Assembly: GCA_023213395.1 (NCBI GenBank)
Contig: CM041465.1
Span: 31,007,741 to 31,071,740, forward strand
Reading direction: 5' to 3'
Length of the DNA: 64,000 bases
Source: Cycas panzhihuaensis
Taxonomy: Eukaryota; Plantae; Cycadophyta
Shown here piece by piece: positions 12,473-24,325 of the stretch. The position numbers were made by a program, and so were the translations under genes. The notes below the pieces were generated by a model. The model was not told the DNA's origin. It saw nothing but the letters and a program-made list of their open reading frames with translations, and did not search any database. Numbering within the stretch: position 1 is the first letter of the stretch; the number at the start of each line of letters is the position of its first letter.

Positions 12473-14198
12473 AAGGATGTGTATGAAAAGACCTTTGAAG
12501 AGGTACAAGAGATTATTGAAAAGGCAGATAGTCCTAGTGATATAGGTAAAAAGGATGAAGGAAGTGTTATGATGTTGAACAATTTACAAAAGATGTAGAA
12601 GGAAAAGTCCCTCTTTGAGAACAGGTTATGTGTAGCAACCTAACCAAGAATCAGAAAAAGAAGTTGAAGAGGAAAGCTAAAAAGGCGAATGCAACTAATC
12701 AAGCCAATTTTGGTAAGAATGAACCTCAAATAGGTTCATCTGATGTTTTTTGTCATAAGGAAGAAGGAAAGGTATGTGAATCTATTTTTGAGAATAAGTC
12801 CTTTGTTGAAAAAGAAATAAATGAACATAATGATGATTGTGGCAAGGTAATTCAAGAGGTTTTATTGCACATTCCTACAGATGAACTTAATGAGTCTATT
12901 AAAGTAACAGATGAGTCTAATGATTTGACATTAGATCATTGTTTAGAATTTGAGAAAGAAGAAGAAATGAAGAATTGAAGATTAAGAAGAGAATTATCTC
13001 ACCTATATTTTCTTCTAACATCTTGAGTTAGAAAATATTGTATTACAAGATGTTGAGAAAATGGAGTTTAACCTTGAAATAACCTGTAAGCATGAAAAAT
13101 CTGAAATTGCTTAGGTGATACAATATGGAGACACAACTACCTTCATGGAAAATTTGGGTAGTATTACCATAATTTATGTTGACAGAATTATTTCTAAATT
13201 TCAACTGATACCAGGTCACATAATTGTATGTCTGTACATAGAATTCTTTATGGTTTCATTTGATATGGTAGCATTTTTTGTTTCTATCATTGAAGGAGTT
13301 CAGGTTGTGTTGACATATCCAACAAAGACATTAGAAAATTCATTCGAAGAAAGGAAGGATACTTTGGCAGAAATAGGAATACTGCTTGGCCAAAATCTTG
13401 TAATAGAATATGTTTACATAAATTGTTGTATGATTTTAATAAGTTGTTTTATCATGAAGTTGAATCATGTTATGGTGGCATGTTGTCTTTATGTGACCAT
13501 AACAATTATTGGAAAGCTTATACAGGTGATTGTGACAAAAATCCTCTTTGTGTTCACTAAATCAATAGCTTCCTTGGATGGTGAGAAGAAGACAAAATGG
13601 TTAACAAAAATTTTATTGAACCAGGACCAATACTAATACTCATGATAACAAAGAAGAAATTATCATTCATCCTTAGTCTTCATGAGATCTTTTATTGGTT
13701 TATTTTTGATTTAGTATACCTAAATAAGTTGATCATAGTGACAAAACTCATACTTACTGGTTTGAAAGTGAATAAGAAAAATTCTTATTTATTCTTCAAG
13801 GAAATTTTGAAGTTCAAACCATGTCTTATCATTTTTGATCTTGGAGATAATGATCATCAAAAGAGATACACTTGGAATACGGTCTCTCAAATACAGTTGC
13901 AGTCACTAAGCAAAGAACAGGAGATGATGGAACAAATGATTCAACAAGGAAGCTACACAAGAATAAAGAGCACATTAGGAATCATTGTTGCATTCTAAAA
14001 TCAACTAAAGACGAAGATAGAGCTCCTGACATTGTCTTTAGGAAGATACTAAGATTCAAGCATTACAAGTTCAAAGCAACATCTCATGTGAAGTTATGTG
14101 TCAATTTTTGTCAATCCTTAGTACTTAGTGTCATGATGTCATGTTAGTCTTTAGTACTCAATCCTTTTGTGGTCTTGACATTAAACATTAAAGGAGGG
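12473..14198 (+). pseudogene. Decayed 3' part of the gag-derived ORF of element C (basic motif, acidic region, hydrophobic region); its 5' part is at about 6930-7209
   Basis: Fragments 12628-12978, 13115-13636, 13597-13998 and 13872-14147. Two motifs are shared with element G. Confidence 0.6.
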
Positions 14199-14442
14199 TG
14201 TTAAGAGTTAATGTTTAATGTATATAAATATTTAATGTGTCTAAGAGAATATTATGTCTAAGGGTCATTAATGTTGTAGACCTAAAAAGAGTATTGTGTC
14301 ATGGTCTATATATTAGTATTAATGTTAAAGTTTAGGGTCTAATAGAAATGTTGTGTTAAGTTATTAAGAGTGCTTGTGCACATCTTTGCAATTATGGTTG
14401 GAGGAGTTAGAGGTAGAACTAACTATAAATATGTACTCATCT

Positions 14443-14941
14443 TGTTGCGTTCTAGGAAAACCCTCTCTTTAGGGCCTCACAAGCTTAAACCCCGAAATGA
14501 GCGCAGGAATATTAGCCGACCAATGGCCGGTCTTACGGCCGACTTCATTAATGGTTCACTCCCGATGAACTATCTTAATTCGCCGACTTCAAACAAGATA
14601 ATCCGGCCACTATAAATAGAGAGCAAAGCCCTCATTTGGTATCATCACTTCGGATTGATCTCTTCTACGATTTCGGCTCTAGGGCTGCAGATTGGCTCGG
14701 CCTTTTGGCACGAGATATTTGGAGGATTCCGCCTCGAAGGGCGATCGTTCAATAAGGATATTTTGTTTATATTTTGCACAATATATTTACCTTTATTCGT
14801 ACTATTTCCATTACTTTATTTCGGTGTTTTATGGTGAATTTCCTATGTTCATTATTATTTGAGATTGAGGAAATCTATATTAGACCAAGATCTCGCGAAT
14901 TGTTGAGTTATTTCTGAATTAAGTTAAAAGCTTCCGCTACA
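14443..14941 (+). repeat. 5' LTR of element E
   Basis: TG...CA direct repeat of 19525-20026; TATA-like tataaata at about 14610. Confidence 0.95.
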
Positions 14942-17900
14942 AGTGGTATCAGAGCTTCGTCAAAGCTATCCTGTGGAAAAGTGTCTCCGGAGAATATAGT
15001 CGAATTTTTTTCTAAGGGCGAAAATTTTTTGAAGGAAGTGAAAAATTTCCCCACCCTCCCGCCCGTGGATTTTTGAGAAGAGCCCAAACGGAGTTACGTT
15101 CTAAGAAGGTTATACAACAAAAGAAGATGTCGATGGCCAAGGCCAATCCATCAGAACATATCGCCTCGATTTAAGTAGGAAAGGAAATCCTAGCCTCGTT
15201 AGCGAGGCCTCTCGGATCTCATGCATAAAATCAACATGAAATTGGACGGACCACAAGCGTAATCGATATGGGCCAAACAAGAAAAGGAAATAGAACAAGG
15301 AAATACAAGTAATTTCAAGGAAGATTTAAAACAGGAGGAGAATATCAAAGAAGAAAGCGCAAGAATAACGAAGGGTGACAATGGCAAAGATCGACTTTTA
15401 GAAATTTGACCCCGATAAATCGAGGGATATAAGAGGATGGATCCTGGATGGAAACTTACTTCTCGGTCTGCGATACGAACACGAGCAAGTATCTCGGCAT
15501 CATTACATTTGTACTGGTCGAGCCTTGAAATGGTATTCATAGTGGCTTCGAACCCGGTGGAAAGCAAGTGGCAGTAACATGAAGCATGGGCTCATAACCC
15601 AATATGAAGACTCATGGAGTACAGACTACTTTGCCCAGCTAACAAGATTACAGCAAACTAGCTCAGTCCAAGAGTTCACTGAACAATTTCAGGTGTTACA
15701 ATGTCTAATTCCGACAACCGTACCACCAGAACTCCTTCTGAAAACATACATTAGCGGATTAAAACCTCCAATAAGATATCGTCTAAAAGCAATGGAGGTG
15801 CCAACATTAGACTCAAAGAATCAAAACAAAGAAGATGCGTGGAAGCAGAACTACGAGAAACTAGACCTACGTTCACACGTAGAACAGAAAGCTCACAAGG
15901 ATTTAACCCAAATTGGAACAGGTCAGGAACTAAAGCGGAGGCTCCATTAACAATTAGAAGTAATCAAGAGACATCAACAAAGGAAGAGCACATGAGGAAA
16001 GGAACTTGTTTTAAATGCGGGGCGAAATGGAATCGCGAACATCAATGCGCCTAAGAAGGTATATATGATTAATCAAGATACAATAATATCGGAGGAAGAA
16101 GAAGCACCCGAGGAAATTCATGAAGAAGTTGAAGAAAAGCCGGAGGAAGTCAAGTAGGCGAACTATTGGAGCTAGATCGAAAATGTACACATATCACTCC
16201 AAGCAATTAAGGACAAAGTGTTACACCACAAACACTTCGATTCCAAGGGATGATAAAAGGGGCACCTGTCGCAATTCTAGTCGATAGTGGTAGTACACAT
16301 AACTTTATAAATAGGGCAACTGCAAAGAAGCTTGGAATTAAAATAGAACCAATAAATACATTCCAAGTGTCAATAGCAAATGGGAAAACAAAGACCGTAT
16401 GGAGGATTTTGCAAAAAAATAATTCTGAGATGGGTGAATATTGCACAAACACATGCATGTTTGCAATGCAAATTGGTGGCGTGGATGCAGTATCGGGCTT
16501 CCAGTGGCTTCAAACTCCGAGTAATATAGGCACTAATGATATGATCAGGTTTATGCGCTTTCGCCAGGGAGGACGTAAGTATCGATTGCGAGTGCAAGCA
16601 ACACCACCAGTACAACTAGTCTCATCACACCGAATGGAGAAGATACTCAGGAAAAACCCATCAGCATATATTATGACATGCTATAAGGTTGAAATCGAGG
16701 ATACTCCACCAGAGATTCAACAAATTATAGAAGAATACAAGACAGTGTTCGATGAACCGAAAGGACTACCGCCTCTTCGAGAAAATCAACATGCAATTGA
16801 ACTTATACCAGGTGCAGCGCCAGTCAACGTTCGACCATATAGACATCCGTATCATTTACGGAAAGAAATCGAGAAAATCACAAGTGAACTCCTATCCCAA
16901 GGGAGTATTACCCCTAGCACAAGCCCATTCGCAGCCCCAGTTGTTATCAGTACAAAAAAGGATGGTTCATATAGAATGTGTGTAGACTACCGAGGTCTCA
17001 ATCAATTAACAAATAAGAAGTGCCGATCCTCGCATTGACGATCTATTGGACGAAATGCACGGAGCAAATTACTTTTCAAAAATTGATTTACGCTCAGGAT
17101 ATCATCAAATCCGGATAAAAGAAGAAGACGTCTACAAGACAGCGTTTAGAACACATGAAGGCCTATTTGAATTTAAGGTCATGCCATTTGGATTAACAAA
17201 CGCGCCGACAACATTTCAGAGCACCATGAACGATACTTTCAGGCAAGTCCTACGCAAATTCGTGTTAATTTTCTTTGATGATATCTTAATCTATAGTAAG
17301 ACATGGCAAGAGCATCTAGAACACCTGAAAAACGTTTTCGGAATTTTGCGTGATAATCAATTCTTTGCCAACAAGAAGAAATGTTCATTTGCAAAGGAAG
17401 AACTAGAATACTTAGGCCATATCATAACTAGAGAAGGTATAAGGATTGATCCAAAGAAAATACAAGCAATTGTCAATTGGCCAACCCCGACAAGTGTTAC
17501 AAAGAATTCGAGGATTCTTGGGGACAGCAGGATTTGTTAGGAAGTTTATAAAGGGTTATGCACACCTAGCAGCACCCCTCACGGATTTAACAAAGAAAGA
17601 TGCATTTGTTTGGAACCTGAAAGCAGAAGAAGCTTTCGGTAATCTTAAGAAGGCCATGATAACAGCTCCAGTGTTAACAACACCAGATTTTTCGAAACCA
17701 TTCGTATTGGAATGTGATGCATCAGGATTCGGGATAGGAGCGGTTTACTCCAAGATGAAAGACCAATAGCTTATGAGAGTCGGAAATTAAATAATGAGAA
17801 AAACTCAAACCCATATATGATAAGGAGATGCTCGCTATCATGCACGCCATCCAAAGAATGGCGACAATATCTATTGGGAAATTCCTTTCAAGTGCGCACG

Positions 17901-19524
17901 GATCACGATAGTCGAAATACTTCCTCGCATGAAGACATTGTCCGATGAGCAACAAAAATGGGTCGAGAAGTTGCGAATTTCGATTTCACAATAGTATACA
18001 AGAAAGGCAAAGAGAACATTATAGCGGATGCATTATCAAGAATCCTAGATGAAGCGAAGAAGGTCCTTCATTGCGCTTGATATCAACAATTATGCCCTCA
18101 TGGTTAAAATCCATTAGAACGGAATATATGGCGGATCCAGGATATCAAAACTCCTAGATAACATGAAGGGAGTAATTCGGATAAATACCAACAAAAGGCG
18201 ATTTGATTCTTAGGAATGGCAAAATCTGCATTCCCAAAATTCCAAATTAAAGGAAATTATCTGCAAGAAGCACATTCGGTCCCGAGCGAGGCCACCTTTG
18301 GTATAGACAAGACATATCGGAAGATAAAAGCGTCGTACTTTTGGAAGGGCTTGAAATCGACGTCCAAAAATTTGTGATGAGAATGTGACATTTGTCAACG
18401 AATAAGGTAGAATGTGTAAAGACCCTGTGTCTATTACAACCCCTACCAATTCCCAACCAAAATGGGAAGAAATTTCAATGGATTTTGTTCTGAGTCTCCA
18501 AATCAAAAGGTAAAGACGCAATCTTTGTCACAGTCGATAGATTAATAAAGTATAGCCATTTTCGAGGGCTACGATCAACAAAGAAAGGCAAGTGACGAGA
18601 ACTAAACATGAAAGAAATCCATAGATTACATGGATTCCCTAAAAGTATTGTTAGCGATAGGGATCCAAAGTTTACTAGTAAATTTTGGAAGGATTTATTT
18701 AGAATTGCAGGTACAAAATTACACATGAGCACGGTACCATCCCCAAACCGATGGATGACGGAGATAGTCAACAAATGTCTAGAAGGTTATTTGAGGAATT
18801 TCTGCTCAGATAAACAAAATCAGTGGCACAAGTGGCTACACCTAGCCGAGTGGTGGTATAATACAAGATACCACTCTTCCACCAAGATGACGCCATTCCG
18901 TGCTCTTTACGGATACTACCGCCATCTCTATTGACATGGAATGGATCATCCCAGTTCAAACCGCCCAAGAACACCAAAAGCAAATGGAAGACACGATTAG
19001 AATTCTTAAGGACAATTTAGCAATGGCAAGGAATGAGGATGAAGCAAAGCGGATGTGCGTGATCGGAAAGGAGCTTCGAGAAGATGATGGTGGTTTTCTC
19101 CGGTTACAACCATACAAACAAACGTCATTGAACAAGACGAAGACACAAAAGCTTGCTCCCGATATTTTGGACCATATCAAATACTTGATGTAATTGGGGA
19201 AGTAGCCTACAAACTTAATTCTCGACAACAAGCAAGATCCATGATACCTTTCATGTTTCATGCCTGAAGAAAAAGATTGGCGACAAGATAGTACCACAAA
19301 CATCCTTGCCAGAACTCAATGAAGAAGGAAAAATTATGCTAGAACCAGAAGGGATACTCCAAATTCGCACTGTGCAACTTGAACAAGACAAATCAAAGAG
19401 TACCTCATAAAATGGCAGACATTGGATATAGAAGGCGCCACATGGGAATCGGACGAATGGATACAGCAATTTCCAAAGCTACCAATGCTTTGAGGGCAAA
19501 GCATCGTTTTCAGGGGGGGGGACT

Positions 19525-20026
19525 TGTTGCGTTCTAGGAAAACCCTCTCTTTAGGGGCCTGTCAACCGACTTAAACCCCAGAAATGAGCGCAGGAATATT
19601 AGCCGACCAGTAAGCCAGTCTTCTGGCCGACTTCATTAATGGTTCACTCGATGAACTATCTTAATCAGTCGACTTCAAACAAGATAATCCGGCCACTATA
19701 AATAGAGAGCAAAGCCCTCATTTGGTATCATCACTTCGGATTGATCTCTTCTACAGTTTCGGCTCTAGGGCTGCAGTTGGCTCGGCCTTTTGGCCTGAGA
19801 TATTTGGAGGATTCCCGCCTCGAAGGGCAGTCGTTCAGTAAGGATATTTTGTTTATATTTTGCACAATATATTTACCTTTATTAGTACTATTTCCATTAC
19901 TTTATTTCCGTGTTTTATGGTGAATTTCCTATGTTCATTATTAGTTGAGATTGAGGAAATCTATATTAGACCAGTATCTGCGAATTGTTGAGTTATTTCT
20001 GAATTAAGTTAAAAGCTTCCGCTACA
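19525..20026 (+). repeat. 3' LTR of element E
   Basis: Follows the PPT and ends gctaca before TSD CATCT. Confidence 0.95.
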
Positions 20027-20084
20027 CATCTCCTTTTAATAATGATTAATAGAGATGATTTGATATCCATGTTTTAACAAGAAA

Positions 20085-23000
20085 CTTGGGATATTTTGAC
20101 TTCGTTGTGTGAAAGGTGAGATGAGGGTAGCATCATGATCATCAAAGCAATATTGTATTCTTTGAAATTTGTAAAGTCCATGTTGGCATTTTTATCTGTT
20201 ATCAAAGAAATTTATAATGAGTTAAATCCTCTTAGTAAACCAGCTTTGATGGATGAACTTGTAACCTCCACATTGCATGCTTTGCCAAAGGAGTACAATG
20301 GATCATCTCTTCAATTGCCAAAGACAACACATTGGCTGCTTTGAATCTCAGTCAACTTGAGAGTCTCTTACTTCAAAAAGAACAAATTTACTTGTGGCAG
20401 GATGAACTATTGATTTCAGGTGCATTCACAGTCAAATTTAAGGCTAAACAAAATTTCAAACAAATACTTCAAAAATAGTTTGAGAATATGAACATTGACA
20501 CATCTAAAGCCAATGTCATATGTCATTATTGTGGTAAGGTGGGCCACATAGCACCTGAATGTAGAAAGGAGCAATCTGGCTTGCAGCAACAACAATAATT
20601 CCAGTAGCCACGTCAGCAACAACGACAACAATGGCATCGTCAACAACAATATCAACAACAACAACAACCACCCCCTAAATCAAATTGAGGTGGCTTTTGA
20701 GGAGGTCAAAGAGGAAGGGGGGGCTTTAGAGGTGGCAACCAATATCACTTAAATCAATTTATAGATAAAGACAAAATATTTTGTGCTTATCACAACTCTA
20801 AAAGAGATAGCACCTAGATAATTGATTCAGGGGCATTTCGGCATAGGATAAGCAGTGATGATTTATTTTACAATATCAAAGAAGGAAAAGGGCAATTAGT
20901 TACATTTGGTAACAATGAATCAATTGAGATTTCAGGTATAGGCAAAATTGCTTCATTTCATTCACCAAACAACCCTACTTCCACATTTTCTACTAGAGAT
21001 GCCTACTTAATACCTTGAATGGAGAAAAGCCTCTTATCTGTTAGTCAGTTGGACAAACAACAGATGACTATTTTATTTAAAGGTGGAAAATGTACAATTA
21101 GTGACATAAATGATCAAGTGGTAGCCATTGGACATGAGGACCATGGTCTTTATAAATTAGATGCATCAAATATTATACTTGATACAACATTTGCCTATTC
21201 TGTCACTCAATCTATGTCAAAAGATCAACTTTGGCATAATAAACCAGGCCATTTAAGCCTAGAAAATATTAAGATGATGTTCGATAAAAATATGGTGTAT
21301 GGGTTTCCAAAGATAACTGCATCAAAGTGACTGTGAAGCATGTATTATGGGGACTTAATAAGGGAAGCCTTTTCCTAAAGGCAACTCATGGCGTGCATCG
21401 CAACCATTGCAATTAATTCATACATATTTATGTGGGCCCATGCCCACGACATCTCTTGGAGGACCTTATTATATATTACCTTCATCGATGGTTTTTCACA
21501 CAAAGTTTGGGTATATTTAATTAGGCAAAAATCAAAGGCATTTGAAAAAATTAAGGAATTCAAACTTGACGTGGAAAATGAATCTGGATTGTCAATCAAA
21601 ATATTGAGATCTGACAATGGAGATGAATTTACCTCAAGAGAATTCAATCAATTTTGCAAGGCTCATGGAATCAGGCAACAACTCACTGTTCCTCATACAC
21701 CTCAACATAATAGAGGTTTTGAGCGGATGAATAGGACTTTGGCCGATAAAGCCAAAGCAATGATACATGCAAAAGGGCTACCTCATTCCTATTGGGTAGA
21801 AGCATTCTACACAACAACCTATGTGACAAATAGGAGCCCAACTACAACAGTCATCAACATCACACCAGAGGAGGCTTGGTCTGATAAAAAGCCAACTGTT
21901 AGACATTTGAGGACTTTTGGGTGTACTGCTTATATGCACATTCCCCATCAACAAAGAACCAAGTTAGATAAGAATAGTCTCAACTGTATTTTCATTGGTT
22001 ATGCTATTCACAGCAAAGCATATAGGATATATGACCCCAATGCCAAGAAAATGCGTCTTTCTAGAAATGTAATCTTTGCTGAAGATAATGAGGAGATGGA
22101 ATCTGCATCCATCCAATCTCCTATCGAAAAAGGCAAATAGATTGTTGAGGACTTCCTTCCTTCACAATCTTCTACACCATGTACATTTTCTATTTCTGTC
22201 GCTTCTACTTCTACTCCATTTACTTCAAATTCTCCTCCATTTGACTGTAGCACTTTTTCTGTTGATCAACCATTACAGCGAGAGGATATTGAGGTTGAAG
22301 CTACATCTATAAAGAAGCTATCTAAATGGTACACATAGGCAGTATAGGATAGTCAAATTATAGAAGGAAAATGTCCATCAAATATGAGACAATAAATAAA
22401 CTATGCACTTATGGCTAAAGTGTTTTGTGTAGATGAGCTTTCCACTTTTGAGGAGGCTAGTAAGAGTGAAAAGTGGAAAGCTACTATGGATGAAGAAATC
22501 CATTCTATTGAAAAGAATGGAACATGAAATTTGGTGGAATTGCCTAAAAACAAATACGCAATCAGTTGTAAATAGATTTATGATTCAATCGAGCAACATA
22601 AGGTTCGACTTGTTGCAAAGGGTTTTAAACAAAAGAAATACATTGATTATAAGGAGACCTTTGCACGAGTGCCTCAAGAAGGCATTGTATGGTTTAAAAC
22701 AATCCCTAAGAGCATGGTACTCTAAAATCGATGATTATTTTTAGAAACATGCGTATCATCGATCCACATCAGAACCTAACTTATATATAAATGTTAGGGA
22801 GAACCATGCAGTCTTTGTCGTGTTATATGTTGGTGACTTAGTGATCACAGGAAATGACACTTAAGATGATTCAAATTCTCCAAGATGATGTGAAGAGAAA
22901 TTTTGAGATGACTGATCTCAGACTTCTCCATTATTTTTTAGACATCGAGGTATGACAATAGCTAGGTCATATCTTTCTTTTCCAAGCAAAGTATTCTTGG

Positions 23001-23790
23001 GATATTTTGCAACATTTTAGAATGGAGGACTACAAACTAGTGCCTACACCTATGGAGAATGGTACTAAATTATCACTTGATGAGGAAGCAGAACTAGCAA
23101 ATCCTACACTATACCAGCAACTAGTGGGCAACCTAATCTACCTCACCAACAGTAGACCAAACATTTCATTTACAATTGGGATTTGTTCTAGATATGTGTC
23201 CCAGCCTAATCAGAAACATTGGAATGCAGCAAAACGTATATTGAGATACATCAAAGGTACATTGCAATATGGCCTTCAGTATATTCATAATGAGAATTTC
23301 ATTTTGGAGGGCTTCTTTGATTCTGATTGGGTAGGTTGCTAAGATAGTTACAGATTAACCTCGGGATATTGTTTCACCCTTAGATCAAGAGTCATTTCGT
23401 GAAGTTGCAAGAAGCAACCCAATGTTGCCTTGTCATCCATGAAAGCAGAGTATAAAGCTGCAATCAATGCAGTCTGTGATGCTATTTGGCTTAAGCAAAT
23501 TCTTGGAGAGCTTGGACTTGAGTAGGGTCACCTCACTAGGTTACATTGCGACAACCAAAGTGTGCTCAAGTTAACAAAGAATCTAGTTTTTCATGCAAGA
23601 AGCAAGCACATTGAGGTTCATCACCATTTTATCAGGGAGCATGTTCAGAACAGTGAAATCAACCTCTTCTATAGGCTTATGAACCAACAGTTAGCAGGTA
23701 ACATTACCAAGCTACTTGGTAGAGAGAAGTTTGAGAAATTTAGAGATGGTCTTGATGTCCAACTTAATATTGTAAACATTACATGGGGGG
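20085..23790 (+). pseudogene. Disrupted gag-pol of element B (3' portion)
   Basis: Zinc knuckle CHYCGKVGHIAPEC, PR IDSGA, IN LRSDNGDEF, RT with an internal deletion near 22665, RNase H CDNQS...HARSKHI. Confidence 0.88.
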
Positions 23791-24320
23791 TGTTAAACCT
23801 TTATGTTTAAATGTTAAGTGATGTACTTTATAATGTTTTATTAATGTACTTTATGTAGCTTTATATTAGCGTGACTTATGACTTAATGTGATAAAGTACA
23901 CACCCACATTCTTTCTAGTTGCACAATGTTGTAACTTGAGGGTTAATGTACCTTCATGCATTTATGCTCATAAGACAGCTCAAGGGGACGCTTGTCCTAC
24001 ATTCAACTAGTTGGCTTGCATGTTTGACATTCGTCAAACATGCAATGCTCTTAAGTCTTTATATATTGAGAGCATATCTCATGTACCTCACAAGACAAGA
24101 GAGAGTGTTGTATTGTTATGTTGCTATTTCTATCAATCTAAGCTTCTTATTTGTTTAGAGTTGGATCATTTCCTTCTTTTCCATATTTGTGTCCTCATGC
24201 TTATGCTTGCTCATGTGTTTATCTCCATGTTTGCTTTGATTAGATGCTAATCATCTTCATTCTTATAGTATACTTTCATCTTTTTTAGATCCTAAGGGCC
24301 ATAGGCCACCATTCTCAACA
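23791..24320 (+). repeat. 3' LTR of element B
   Basis: TGTT...AACA following the PPT. Confidence 0.92.
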
Positions 24321-24325
24321 ATTAC

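Larger units (their letters stand above)
14443..20026 (+). mobile_element. Element E: young Ty3/gypsy chromovirus (about 5.6 kb, Reina/Galadriel-like layout) inserted in the 3' LTR of C
   Basis: LTRs 14443-14941 and 19525-20026. Perfect TSD CATCT. PBS tggtatcagagc 14944-14955 and PPT 19512-19521. gag with CFKCGAKWNREHQC, PR LVDSGSTHNF, RT FFDDILIYS, RH ECDASG, IN SIVSDRDPKF, chromodomain EYLIKW...ATWES at about 19340-19490. Confidence 0.95.
4880..20079 (+). mobile_element. Element C: non-autonomous (pol-less, TR-GAG-like) LTR element carrying a captured PLA2 gene; interrupted by D and E
   Basis: 5' LTR 4880-5175. PBS tggtatcagag 5176-5186. PPT aaaggaggg 14190-14198. 3' LTR 14199-14442 plus 20032-20079, split by E. 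Copia-type gag N-terminus PKYTGTNYRFWAIK at about 6945. No PR/IN/RT/RH motifs seen outside D and E. TSD is degenerate (AAAAG/AGAAA), but the B gag frame rejoins across it (HTSK|ETWDIL). Confidence 0.85.
2109..24320 (+). mobile_element. Element B: degenerate Ty1/copia retrotransposon inserted in the gag zinc knuckle of A, interrupted by element C
   Basis: LTRs at 2109-2657 and 23791-24320. TSD ATTAT/ATTAC. PBS tggtatcagag at 2660-2670 and PPT gggggg at 23785-23790. About 1.9 kb leader, gag ATG 4577, IN ORF 21388-22140, RT/RH 22.4-23.8 kb. Confidence 0.92.
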
